The notes beneath the pieces are model-generated. The model saw only the letters and a list, made by a program, of their open reading frames with translations, searched no databases and was not told the DNA's origin. Shown here piece after piece: positions 35,772-49,400 of a DNA stretch of 64,000 nucleotides. The stretch spans positions 48,608,001-48,672,000 of the forward strand of contig OZ024743.1 in the NCBI GenBank assembly GCA_964016885.1, in the 5' to 3' direction. Position 1 is the stretch's first letter. Each line of letters opens with the position of its first letter. A program made the position numbers and the translations under genes. Source of the DNA: Eledone cirrhosa. Taxonomy: Eukaryota.

Positions 35772-38213
35772 TTAATCTTCTTTACTACAAGTGTCACCTT
35801 TATCATCCTCCATCACCACCTCCTCTTCATCTTCATCTTCTCGTTGATGGAGCTGGAAAAAACAGAAAAATTTGTTCAATATGTAAACAGTGAAGAACAT
35901 TGCAACAAGTTTTTTTAAGACCATTTTCCCTACTAAAACAGCAGTTCACCTTGCAGACCCAAAACAAAACTTTTCAATGTTGCTCTATCACTGTATTCTC
36001 ATAAAACACCAGACTTCATCATCATCTTCAGCCATGTCTTTTTGGATGTTTCACTTCTGCCTCCATAGATATCATTTTTACATCTGTTTTCCCTATTAGC
36101 AAAGGTTGGAGGAGTCACCATAGAAAAGTCAGTACTTAATCAGAGCTCACAGGTGGGCCACAAGACCCACGTCTCATTTGTACAGTCCTCTCAGCCACAA
36201 AATCACAAATCTATTCAAGGTGGGTAGCTGTTTGTTGTATTTCATCCTATGTGCTTGCTTTTCCCTTACTTTTGTGCAAACATTTGGTCAATATATACAC
36301 ACACACACACAATAATGATAATTGTGAAGGCCAGATGTAGATATTCGTAATTCATCTTATAATCTGCTGTCATACATATTTCTATGGCGTTCATGATTAC
36401 GTGATGACAGCATTACATAACCATGAGCCCCACAGAAATATGTATTACAGCAGGTTATGAATAAAATAAATTATATCAACATCTGGCCTTTGTGATTATC
36501 ATTATTGTAGTCTGATATGGACTGCTAAATCGCATCAGCATTTTCTGATAGGATACATGCTAGCGTAGAAGATAGACGTTAAATGATGATGATGATATAC
36601 AACAAGCTTCAGCATTTGCTGTCTCCCAAATTTCATTCACAAAATATTGGTCAAACCCCGGCTATAGTAGATGACACTCGCCCGAGTTGCAACACAGTGG
36701 GACTGAACCCAAAACTTCATGTTTGTGAAGATAACTACACTGCATAAGCTTGGAAAGACAAAAGGCAGAAATCAATTCAGGTAGGATTGAAGTAGCTAAA
36801 TACCTCAAAAATACATTTTACCCAACGACAATAACAACAATCATCACAAACAACATTCTTACCTCGCGTGCAATTTCTGTAAAGACTAAAGCTTTTGAAA
36901 GTTTGTCTTCATCTGTAATTGGTTTATCAAGATTCCAATAAGTGAACCGGGGAACTCTGGCAACAATAGAAAACTGTCTATCTTCTTCCTCAGATAGAGG
37001 TACCTTTTTCTCTTTCACAATCATACCTGAAAGATGATTTTGAAATATCTATACATCTATATTTATACATACACATTATATATATAGTTATACACACACA
37101 CATTATATACATACGAAAGGCCGGTTATATGATGTCTGTGTGAAATGTGCAATGCTGCATGGTAGTGAGACTTGGGCAGCAACTGCAGAGGATATGCGAC
37201 GGCTGGAGAGAAATGAGGCAAGCATGCTCCGTTGGATGTGTAATGTCAATGTACGACCAAGCATGGATGTGTTGAGAGAGAAACTGTGTTTAAGAGGGAT
37301 AGAATGTAGTGTGCGAGAGAGAAGACTGCGATGGTATGGACATGTGATGCACATGGAGGATGACCGTTGGGTAAAGAAGTGCCAAGAAACGCCAGTTGAA
37401 GGAAGACCACGAAAAACATGGGCAGAGGTGGTAAAAGCAGACCTCAGATCGCTGAAGCTCACAGAGATGACGAATGACCATGACAACTGGAGAGATGCTG
37501 TGCTAAATAGAACCCATCCCACCCTTGCATGCAGGGAAAAGCGAATGTAAAATGATGATGATAGTTGGAGATTGTGTGTGGGTTCAATTATGAAATGGAA
37601 TAATAGTCACTGCAGAGAAATATAGAAACTATGTTATACAATGGCTGCAATCAAATGATGTCAGTCACCCCCATACCAATAATTGGTGAAGGTTGATTGT
37701 TGTTTTGATGGGAGGGCTGGGGTATAGTTTTGAAGGATGTCTTTGGATTTTACATTATTTTTTGTGTGGCATATCCGATGAGAGGGGTTGATTGTAGGAT
37801 TATGAATTGCACCTGTTTGAGTTTATGGGTTTGGTATAATTCCCTTACATTCCAGTTAAGTCAGTCAATTATATAAGGAGGCACATGGCTTAGTGGTTAG
37901 AGCATTGGCCTTGCAATCGAAAGGTTGTGAGTTCAATTCTCAGACCGGGTGATGTGTTGTTTCCTTGAGCAAGACACTTTATTTCACATTGCTCCAGTTT
38001 ACTCAGCTGTAGAAATGAGATGATAGGGACTGGGGTCCCTATCATTCCACTGTAAAGTGGTCGTGGAGGTGCCACGGCAAAAAAGCACCCAGCACTCACT
38101 GTAAATGAGGTTGGTGTTAGGAAGGGCATCCAGCTGTAGAAATCAAGCCAGAATCAGTTCCTGTCCCACCCTTGCGAAAAAGCGGACGTAAAATGAAATG
38201 AATGAAATATATA

Positions 38214-38246
<33 letters not shown>

Positions 38247-41200
38247 CATTATTGCCATTTAGCATTTATTTTCCATGCTTGCATCAGTTAGATGACTGTA
38301 TCTTGCTCATATGGAACTGTTTCCAGCTTGATTTCAATGGCTGGATGCTCTTCCTAATGCCAACCACATTACAACATAGACTGGCTACTTTTTATTGCGA
38401 CTCTGAAATGACCCCGGCAGGTTAGATTGGGTGCCTTTTGTTGTGTGACCAGCACTATCACCCTACAGCATGTACTGGGTACTTTTTGTTGTTTCACCAG
38501 CACGGTAGGAGGTCTGGAGCATGTCCAGTTTTCCATGCTTGCTTGCATGCATGGGTTGGAGAGGAGAGGTGTATCAGCCGAATGTAGGTGTTAGGTGGAA
38601 TGTGTAAGGAGAATGGGGATTGGAAAGGTGAGCGATGGAGATCTAAAGTGAGATACTTAGATGGTGAGGAGGTGAGGTGTGTATTATGATGTAAGGGCAG
38701 GAATGAGGAGACAATTTGGTTCTGATTTGTATCCTCTATCTGTTTGCTTCATCCTGTGCACATAGGAAGATGGGTTACCTTCAGTACAGCAGATCACCAG
38801 AGATCTCAATCCTGTGTCATCTCCTTTGAGAAGTTTAATTGTGCAAGGTCAGTTTTTATCAGTTCATCCCAAGCTTTCCTATGTCTTCGTTTGCCATAGT
38901 TCCCATCAACTTTGAGTGCCCTGCATCTTTTTATACAGCTGTCATTCTCTATACCACTGCAATCTCCTCTCCTGTACACTGCATCTGATCCCACTTATGC
39001 CTAGTTTCTCTCAGTTCATTCTCATTTTGCCATTCATGCACACGAATATTACACATCCATTGAAGCATGTAAGCTTCATTTCTTCCCAATCTTTGTTGTT
39101 CCACTGTACACTGTATCTCATGCAGCATTGCTGTTTGTACACAAGCGTCATAGTCTGCCTTTCATTTTAAAGACAAAACCTTTTGTATGAAGCAGAATTA
39201 GTAGCTCCCTGAACTTTTTCCATCATGTTCTCATTCTGGCTATTGTACTTTCAGAACACCCATCTCCACTGCTAATTTGGTGACCCAGTTAACAGAAGTT
39301 CTCAACTACCCCTATGGAACCCTCTGAATACATATATAAAGGGTTGCTCAGTTCTTTGAGGACATTTGCATGAATTTAGTAAAAGACATACAAGCCATGA
39401 AAGAAGAGCATTCCCAAGCTCTTGATGTTTCAATTTGCTCAACAAGCACTTGGCACAGATCAGATTTTTTTGGTCTTTGCAGTCACGTATCAGTCTCTCC
39501 GCATCACATATGACTTGTATTGAAGTGCATTGAAACCTTGAGCTCCTTAGCAATGGTGCTAATTGATTTTCCGGGTCCTTATAGATAATTTTCTACACCT
39601 TTTGTAAAAATTTGGCTGTTCTGATGATATTAGGGTCCTTAGCAGGTGTTTTACGTTTGGTTACTGCTGTAGACACCTCGTCAGCAGCTTGCAGCTCTTT
39701 GTGAACTTTGACAGCAAACAACCATGCAAGTTTCAGGAAGCAAGCAATCTCTAAATCACTATGCCCTGCCTTTAAGGCAACGATTACAGCATGCCTTTTC
39801 ACTTGCTGAGTTAACTTGATGTCTGTCATTATCTGAAAAGAAATGATAATCAGAACAAGTTAGAGCTATTAAAAGACGTGCCCTTAAAGAACTAAGTAGC
39901 ATATGTGTGTGTGTGTGTGTGTGTGTGTTTATATATATATATATATATCAGAAACACCATTTTACACCTGTTTTTTCATGCTGGCACAAGTTGGAGAGGT
40001 TGTTACAGACCAAATATGCAATTAATCATGGATATTGTCCTTCTAAATGAATTGGGGGATCAGCATAGCTTCCACAGTCGGATGCACTTTTTAATTTTAC
40101 AGGGTGTACTGGGTGCATTTCATCAAGGTACTGGCACAAGAAAGGTTGTCATTTTGGTAGAGTTTCTACACTTGGATGCTGTTGGCCAACCACTATTTTA
40201 GGCCCTCAACTCTTGATGGAGATATAGGCATAACTTTGTGATAGTGGGTCTTAGCTATTTAAGGTTTGTGGGGACCATCCATCCATCTCATAGCTGATTT
40301 CTTTTGGAGAAAGATAAAGAGGAATAATGAATTGCAGTACTGGAGTGGTAATTTATTTATTGACCCCTGAAAAGACAAAATGCAAAGTTCACCTCAGAGA
40401 TACAGAATGAATACTGCAAAGCTTTTCTATCCAATAATCTAACAACTCTGCCATTTATTAAGTTATTTTACAAACACTATTTTATGTGAAAGTTAGTTAT
40501 GTTACTAAATCCATCAAATTCTTGAATACTTTAGAAATGATTTGAAAATCATAGGCAGTGTCTTTCATTAGAAATATAGTAACAAAAGCGTTAAACTCTC
40601 TTCACTTTTTCCTGATCCTTGTTTTAACAATATTAACAGAAAAAGGAAGATAAAGTTTACAAGCCAATGAAGGAGCCTGAACTTGTTACAAACAGCAACC
40701 AAATCTCCCTCAAAATCACACCCCACTATCTTAAGAAAGGAATCATACATTGGACAATGTAGTTTTGTAGTTAGTAACTTCAGTCATCAATATAGGGCAT
40801 GGCAACCTTGCTTTACTTGAGTCGCAGGTTAAGCTGGCTCAAGCTTATGGGCCCATATCCAGAATTATGAAACCATCCTCCTTGACTTAATAATGCTCAA
40901 TTAGTTTTCATCCTGAAGGGAGGGGGAAATGGAGCTCAAAGCTAGTAACTTTACTTTCATTAATCAAAACTGATACATTGGGAGCTAAAGAAGAAAGAAG
41001 ATATGCTATATAAAAAAAAAAGATGAGAATGTGATAACTGGAACATACCTCATTATAGGTTAACAGAGAATAAAGAAGTTATGGTAAGAGTTAATATTGG
41101 AATCAAGATATTTGAAATGAAATACTGTAAACATTCAGCCAGGTACACCATTCACTGCATTTTTTTCTCATATTACTTACTCTGTTAGATGCAACATCAC

Positions 41201-42085
41201 ACATTTATGGAAGATGCATATATATTTTTTAAGGCCATTTTCCCTGTTAAATCATGGGTTAGCCCTGTTGGCTACATAACAAGCTTCATCACAATTATTA
41301 TGGGGTACTTTTTGAGACAGTGCTTGACAGCTGCATGCTCTTCCTAGCAGCAACCCTTTTAGCAGCCTATTACAACATGCTGGGACAGGGTCATAATCAT
41401 CGTTTAACGCATTTTCCCTGATAGCAAGGGTTTGATGGGACATCAGCAGACTGCGTTAAAACTCAAAGTGGAGGTAGACCTTATGATGGGCCAGGAGCCA
41501 GCATCTTACCGAGTGCTAAGACAAGCCAATGGTCCGTGACTCGGCTATATGATTCTGTGCACTACTGATTACATTTTATTATGATACCATCACTAGGGAG
41601 GTTGTCATGTCACTGACACAACTGAAGAGTCCCCTCAACATTTTGTTTGGCAAGTTTTCTAGTTAGATGCCTATCACCAATCACTTTACAGAATGTACTG
41701 GGTGTGTTTATCATGGAAATCACCAACACTAGGGGGAGGGGGGGGGGGGGGCTGTCATGTCATTGGCACTGCTGGTTTGTCCTGACCTTTTGTTTGGCAG
41801 GTTATCTAAGGTCCTTACTATCAACAATCACTTTATAGAGGATACTAGATGTACACAGTGAGCATACAGTATACCTATTCTAAATAAGATACACACAATA
41901 TATATTTATGGAAGAGATAGGGTAGATCTTCTATGCTACGTTGTTTGAAGATTTAATTACGATTGAGTTCAGATTGGTTTCTACTGGGAACTGAAGTTAA
42001 GGGATGGTCTTGGCACACATGGATCTTATTTCATGCTCTACAGCATCTATCACCTTTTAAAATAACAATACCATTTCTTCTGACT

Positions 42086-42162
<77 letters not shown>

Positions 42163-43323
42163 AAAGTTTTCTCATAAACTCACTTTCGTAACCAGCAGGA
42201 GGTGTCATTACTTTTCCATTTAAGGGGCGACCACGAAAAGACGCCGTGAGCTCTAAAAGTAAAATAAAAATATATTTCAACCAACTAGCAAGTGTTTTAA
42301 GGCTAAAGCAGGTCTTCCCCTTCCCCTACTTCCTTCTACATCTCTCATTTAATCAAAACTTTATTTTATTATTTTACTTTCGTTTTCGCTACATATCTGC
42401 AGAAAGGTTTACCGGCTACATAGCCTGTTCGAAAAATTTATCGAAACAAACAAGTCGTTTGCAGATTTCATCAATTGTTGCACTCATAATCTCAAAGGTA
42501 TTGGTTGAAACTTGCTAAATGCATTAGCGTATACGACACTGATCAATACATCACTCCAGTCTCCAATAGTTCATTTAAAGAGGAGTTTCAAAAGACTGAT
42601 TATCACTGCATTTTAAATAAAGCCAACAAATGGAAATAAAATACAAAAAGTGATGTAAATGATTACATATAATACGTTTATTCAAAACAAAATTGATAAA
42701 AATCTGTTTTAATATCTTAGTCGAACGAAACGACGGCGGAATCTCGGAATATATAAATTGCCACAACTTTCTTTTTTTTTTTCGGAATTCTACTTAGGAT
42801 TTAAAAAAAAAAAAAAAATAATAAATAAAATTAAGCCCCTACATTTTTTTGCTATTAAACGACTTTTCAATATTGAAGGAAATTTGAAAATGACATGAAA
42901 CGTTATAAAAAAAATACAAATACACGCCAAAATATCGACAGATTGCCGACTTAGAAACCTATTTCTTTCTTGGCAGTAGGTGATCATTACTGATTAAATC
43001 TAGAAAAACAAAATCTTTAGTTCAATGGAAAGGAATAATCAAATAAATAAATTCACCGGTTCTTATTTTATCGAGCAGCCTTGTGGTGAACATTCACTGT
43101 TATAAAGACAAACCTAAGTTCTGTTGTTTCTGCGACCACATTATCATACTAGAAGAAATAAGAATAAGCATATACCATTTTTGTCGTCATTCTCCTGAAT
43201 AGTTGTTTCAAAATACTTTTCAGTTTTTGTTTCACCACTGTACTTTATTATACAGGGCATATAATGACATCGATCAGCCACTTCAGCTTGCTGCCATTTA
43301 GATAAATCTACATAAACAGCCAT
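35772..43323 (-). CDS. RNASEH2C: Ribonuclease H2 subunit C, 4 exons: 43323-43176, 42252-42184, 37026-36863, 35852-35772 (153 aa)
   Basis: All introns are GT-AG with compatible phases (1,1,0). Spliced protein: MAVYVDLSKW...CHYMPCIIKYSG...YFETTI...ELTASFRGRPLNG...PAGYESMIV...FTYWNLDKP...LSKALVFTEIARELHQ. This carries the characteristic H.PC, SFRGR.L.G, F..W..D and terminal A..LH motifs. Confidence 0.88.
37110..37562 (+). mobile_element. RTE 3' fragment (intronic)
   Basis: ORF 37140-37550: MLHGSETWA...RLRWYGHVM...GRPRKTW. Confidence 0.88.
37877..38203 (+). mobile_element. Full-length tRNA-derived CORE-like SINE with RTE family-B 3' tail
   Basis: A-box TGGCTTAGTGG, B-box GAGTTCAATTCT, CORE-like TTCCTTGAGCAAGACACTT, an 11-bp hairpin ATGATAGGGAC/GTCCCTATCAT, then RTE-B 3'-UTR sequence and an (AAATG)n tail. 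Confidence 0.85.
38735..39300 (-). mobile_element. Degenerate RTE 3' fragment
   Basis: ENDSCIKRCRALKVDGN...WDELIKTDL. Confidence 0.8.
39540..39900 (-). mobile_element. Tc1/mariner-superfamily transposase N-terminal (HTH) fragment
   Basis: KRHAVIVALKAGHSDLEIACFLKLA...VKVHKEL...KRKT...IRTAKFLQKV resembles the N-termini of DD37D/maT-type transposases. Confidence 0.6.
42088..42158. repeat. (AG)n microsatellite in RNASEH2C intron 2
   Basis: Seen directly in the sequence. Confidence 0.95.
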
Positions 43324-43433
43324 TTTGCTTTTGTAATTGGCGCGACCTTCTAGCGAGACCCGGATCTTCAAGAGGGATAACTCTAACCTCCTTATTGTAC
43401 TTTAATTTCGGTTTGTCGTGTGTAACAATCGCA
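43324..43433. promoter_or_regulatory. Compact bidirectional promoter / 5'-UTR region
   Basis: 110 bp separate the divergent ATGs. The region is relatively CpG-rich and repeat-free, and AAAATGGC (YY1-like) sits at the RNASEH2C start. Confidence 0.6.
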
Positions 43434-46400
43434 ATGCGACGATACGTTAGACGTGGATCTGTCACATTGGGGACAGCTTTGGTCTTTTTTGGAACTTGGA
43501 ATGTTATAGGATTAACATTATATAAATGGTACATTTCAGAAGGGGAGAAGAAAGAACCTGGACAATGGAAAGATGCATCTGGAGGTAAACGATAACAGCT
43601 TGTATAATTGTTTAACATTCTCTTTATATACAGATTTAGATCTACATCTTCATGTTTCCTTTTTTTAATCATAAAATTAGGAAATATTTGTGTAGTTTTT
43701 ATTGTTTAAATGAAATAATTTGTGTCTTAAATGTTAATATTGAGAAGAAAAAGGAATGCGCACTCACTCAATTACACACTTCACCAAAGAACGATAGTGC
43801 TGCTCTCTAAAAAATTTTTGGACAACTCAAAATACTGTATTACTGCAAGTGATAGGATGTGGCGCTAGAACAGCCAAGTACCCTCACGAATATCACTTGA
43901 TACTCAAGCGGTATAATACATTTGTTTTGCCAGTTTATAGCACTAACAGTTAACCTCTAGGTCGTCCTAATCTTCAAACTATTTGGTCTTTTATTCCTCG
44001 AACGTTGAAAGATTAAATAAATGCTTTGAGATGTTTCGTTTCGGATTCTTGAATGAAATGCACACCAATATTTTTGGCCAATCTTGTAAAATCTGCTAGT
44101 TTCAAAGTCAGTGTCTACACAAGATTGCAAACGGAAGTGACCTCTAATAAAAGAAATTGAAATGTTGAAATTCTTACTGTTAACGTTAAAACATTGGATT
44201 GGCAGTATCGGTAGAGGGTCGGACGCCATGCTTTCCAGCATAGTTACGTCCCTTTACGATCTGAGTTCAAATCCCGCCGAGGTTGACTTTGCCTTTCATC
44301 CTTACGGGGTCGATAAAATAAAGTACCAGTAATGCACTGGGTAATTGCTGGCCTTGTGCCTAACGTAGAAACAATTATATACAAAAAATGAATAATAATA
44401 AAATCACATTTAATTTCATCGCAATTCCCTTAAACGTTGTATTAACTCTAGGCTTTCTTTGCACTCCCCCCCCCCACCCCATAAGTTTGTTTATACTGAA
44501 CAGCTGAAACACTTGCTTGAGTAGCTCTGAAGACCTGCTGTCCTCAGAGAAGACCTTGCCACTGTGATAACGTGTTGATTATTCGGTTGATAAATATTAA
44601 CACATCAGTTTTCTTTCCTTTTTTTTAATCATTGTCAGCTCACCACTATCTTCGGTTAATAAATTTTGGAGAAGGAGAAATAAAAAAAATAACTATCAGT
44701 GGTTTAAAAATAACCCAAGAAGATGTCGCGCCTGAAAATTTAAAGAAACTAAAAGGTTATACTGATGACAAAAAGTCTAAAGCTGCTACAGGTAAGTAAC
44801 TTTAATGTCGTGTAAAAAAGGGTGGTGTGTGTGTGTGTGTGTGGGGGGGGATCAGTGAAGTCTATATCCGTGTTAGAACAGGAATCGGTCTCAACATAAA
44901 ACCATCAAATACAAAGCATATAAATAAATTTACAGTAGAACAACATAAATATGTTTTAAATATATTCATAAATAACATTACAAATGCTTGGATAACATTA
45001 TAAATTGCTCGCGATTCTTCCAGAAGGATATATTCTTTTAATGTTGCAATATTAAAGAAAATGTAAAGGAAGGGGTGAACAACCGAGCCAACACCAGAGC
45101 AAAAGACAGCAGCGTTGCGAGGAGTACCGGGCAACCTCTCTAATGATTTTTGAAGCAAGCCAGCACACTCGCAGCGTTGCCTCGGGTAATGGCGAGGCTA
45201 ATGCGCTGGAACAACCAAGCGCCCTCGCGAGATTCGCCAGTGAAGTATCAGACAAAATGGCGCTACCATTAAGGTCAACCAGGTAGCCACGTAGGGCGCA
45301 GACTTCAAAGACATATTACTGAACCTTAAAGGATCGCAGTTTTATACAAATTTGTATAATTAAATCAAATGTATAACAATTTCCTGCAATCAATAAATAA
45401 ATCACTAAATATCTTAGCAGCTTTGTGACAAAAAAGGTCATATGGTGTTATGACCTGTCATATGCTTTGGCCTGGGTGAGTGTGGACTGTTTAGTAGGAA
45501 ATGCAGGCTTCGTAATTTTCTGTCAGTGTACGTAATATAAAAGAACTAGGTTCAGGAGATTATCAAACTAAGTTAAAATTATTTTATTTGGAGGAAGGAA
45601 GTACGCACACATTATAGAGCTAGCCTAGAGTGTTAAACACCCAGGCTCAAGCTCTTGGTATATTCATATAGTTAGGTCCATTCTGATTCCAAGTCCCGTT
45701 GAGGTTGACTTTGTCTTTTATCTTTCCACAGTCTATAGAATAAATACCAGTTAAGCAGAGGGATCAGTATAATGAAATGTTTCTAAGAAATCAATGAGGT
45801 ATACAAAATGGAATATTGTGAAAATATACACAAGCTATATTCACAATCTAGTTTTCATCCCTGGATAGCTATTTAACTTTAACCCTTTCACTATCATATT
45901 TCTAACGAAAGACACTACCTATGATTTTCAAATCATTTTTTAATACAATTAAGGATTTAGTAATATAACTAATTTTCTTGTGGTATTTGGACAATTACTT
46001 AATGAAAGTTCTTACATAAAATTATAATGGAAGCTTTGCAAATAAATCATTATTATCACTAGTAGAAAAACTGCCCTCCGGGTGGTTTTCTGCTAGTATA
46101 TGTAGTGTGCATATTGATATTATATGAAAATATATATGCATATAGATATACATAAATTGAAAAGTAAATTGACAATATGCACATAAATTGAACAAAGAAT
46201 CATCATCATCATCATCATCATCATCAGGTTTAGCGTCCGTGTTCCACGCTTGCATGGGTTTGGACGGGGGTTTTCCCACTTGAGGCAAGAGTGGTTGTCT
46301 TGCTCGCATAGGACTGTCTGGCGGGTTTTCTACAGTTGGATGCCCTTCCTAACACCAACCACATTTACAGTGTGGGGCTGGGAGGTTTTTACCGTGTTGC

Positions 46401-49400
46401 CTACACGGCCACATTACAGCGTGGACTGTCTGGCGGGTTTTCTACAGCTGATGTGTTACACTTTCTTCTGCAATCAGTAAAGTAATCCATGATACATTTA
46501 AAAAAGACGATAATGAAGATGGAAAAGTGATGAGATTGTTGATGGAAAATGTTCATGAATCTTCACTTGAAAATAGATGCTGCTGGTGGGAATGAATGAA
46601 TTACATTTACCAATATGAAGAGTTGACCTTCACTATATTGTTGTTTTACTGTATTCACATATAGACTTCTTAAGTTTTTGTAGTGTCCCTTTTCTAGCAA
46701 TTAAAAAGAAACTGAAATGCATTTCAATTAAGAGTGATAGATGTTTCATGTCACTGTGGAATTTCTTTGTAGACACAATTGTCAGCAAACACCCTTTTCA
46801 TTTATCTCGGTTAATATTTTTATATTTTCTTTTTTTGAAACTCTTGATAATGCAACATACATCTGACCATGTGAGAAGAATTGTGTTGGTAAATATACAC
46901 CTATCTTTTTAAATGTCTGCCTTTGTGCTTTGTTGCATGTAAGAGCAAAGGCTGGTTTGGCAGGAAATTGTTTGTGAGTAAAGGTGAAAGGGAACTCAAG
47001 CTCTTGAGACACGAGGTATCCTTGGGATACCTGTTTCCAGGATTGGACCCGAAAGCCACTTCAGCTTCAATCACATGTAAGCTGATGATGATGTAGCGTG
47101 TACCATTACAATGTCCGTTTAGAGGATCCAGACTACCAGAAGCATGATGCAACTGCCTTTCTTCAATTTAAGAATGTGTGTTGGGAAGCCTGATGAAGTA
47201 AGTTTGTCGATGAACTCAATTGGATATTGCAGTTCATTATCTACTGTATCAGAGCTTCTGTAGATTATTTCATGACCAGGGAACTTGTTGACCATGAACT
47301 CATTCACCAATCTTGTTGCATCATTTGTTGGAGTGATAATGGCTCTATTTGCAAGCCATAGTGGGTTTGAGTAGTTTCCTTGAAAATTTGTATATACAAA
47401 ATGACACAGTTCAGACACATTACCATATTACAGACAAAGTTCATTTGGTGGAAGAGGAGGATGTTGAGTGAGTTTCACCTTTTCCTGGAAGTAACACAGA
47501 GATTTGGGTTAATGTGGCCAGTGATAAGCTTCGCAGTGTGGACAGAGGCAAAGAGATTCTTTGCATTATGTCGTGGCATTATGGAAAGAACAGTTTGCTC
47601 CTGGAAAGGTTCATCTGTAGGATTCTTTGCCAGACCTTCAATTGACCTGTTCCTTCCTCTCTGAACGTTTGGTGTATTTGTAGCAAGTTGTTGTTGGTGT
47701 GTTAACTGAATTACATTTGTAGAAATTTGTCAGGATGTTTTAGAGTGATTATTGTTGGATTGATTTGCCCTCCTCTGTCTTTGCTGTTTAGCGTCTGCTG
47801 CCAAACGTTGAGATTTAGATGAGAATTGTTTTCATTGCTCCATGTTCACTGTCGCTCAGTGTGCCTCTCATGTATGTATAAATATATATGTTATCCCTAT
47901 GGTGAAATCTTAGAAATAAATATATGTTAAAAGGAAAAAGGAGAAAAAGAGAGTTAAATATATATGTTAAAATGAAAAAGAGAAAATGAGATTAGTGTCA
48001 GAAATATAAACGTTATGATTTCTTCTTCTTCACCCACTTATTTCTTAGAGGGTCGTGGGGGCAGAGTTCTGAAACACCCCCTCCAGTGGGTCCTGTAAGA
48101 AGCAACTGTCTCCAACTGATCTGGCTGGATCCCCAAGCGTGACTAGCCAAGCTCATGGATGTTATCCAACCATCTTGCTCGGAGTCATGAGACATTCTAA
48201 TTACATGCCCATAATATCGCAGCTGTGATCTCTCAGTTCAGAGAAGTAGTGCTTCTACCTGGAGTGAATCTGATCTTCAAGCTACACACTTTATCGGGTA
48301 ACATTCCTCCAAAGACCATCCGGAGAAATCCCATTTCAGCCACTTGTTCCATCTCAGGAACCAGGAAGCCAACCGACCTCTTAACATCACATGGTCAGGA
48401 ACACCACTTGAGAACTGCACCAATCCTGTCTACCTTGGCGTAACCCTGGACCACACCCTCTCATTCAAGGAACACATCAAAAACACCAAATTGAAAGTCA
48501 GCTCCCGTGACAACATCCTACGGAAACTGACCAACTCCAAATGGGGAGCCACAGCACACACACTAAGATGTACAGCTTTGGCCCTGTATTATTCCTCTGC
48601 GGAGTACGCGTATCCTGTTTGGGAGAGATCAACCCATGCCAGTAAACTAGACCCAGCGTTGAACAACACCTGCCGTTTGATCACTGGTTGCCTGAAGCCT
48701 ACCAACCCGAACAACCTGCATCTCCTTGGTGGCATTGCCCCTGCGGATGTGAGATGGGAAGCTGCCAGCTGAGTAGAGATCACAAAGGCTATCAGTGATG
48801 AACCTCCGGCCCAACGACTAAAGTCAAGGAGAAGCTTCCTCAGCCATGTCCAGCCCCTAACAACATCTCAGGAAGAAACCAGACTACAGCTATGGACTCG
48901 AAAGCTAGAGAATGACTCCCCTCCTATTGACATGGGAATCCCCCCTTCTGAAGCCCTCCCTCCTGGCTCAGAAGCACCATGGGTCCAGTGAAAGACACTC
49001 AACCGCCTGAGAACAGGAATGAGGCGATCAAAAGCTGCTATGGCCAGATGGGGCTACAAGACCGGCCCAACCATCTGCGAATGCGGAGAGGAGGACCATA
49101 CGATGCAGCACTGCCTTGTTTGCCCTCTACTATCCAACCAGTGCAGCTTAAAAGATCTCGCAGAATTTAATAATAATGTAAAGGAATGTGTAAAGAAATG
49201 GGAAACTGTCATATAACCACATGCTTCGAAGATGCGAAAAGAAGAAGAAGCCACTTGTATTCATGATCGTATTCTTTCTGTCATTACCCAAAATTCATGA
49301 CCATAGGTAATGGTTAGCATGAAAACTGAATTAAAGATAGCTAGTTTGGCTTTTACACCTACCTCCCTTCTTCTGATTACTGAATGTTGAAGCTGGCACA

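Noticed and set aside
37877-37950. tRNA genes at SINE heads (also ~1577, ~27815, ~34880)
   Set aside because: The cloverleaf stems are imperfect and each continues into SINE body sequence.
43298-43672. 124-aa minus-strand ORF
   Set aside because: It is antisense to exon 1 of the plus-strand gene and out of frame with RNASEH2C, with no recognisable motifs.
45050-45330. GC-rich segment with short ORFs as a possible exon or promoter
   Set aside because: It has no convincing splice sites or protein motifs and may be a TE 5' fragment. It cannot be classified from sequence alone.
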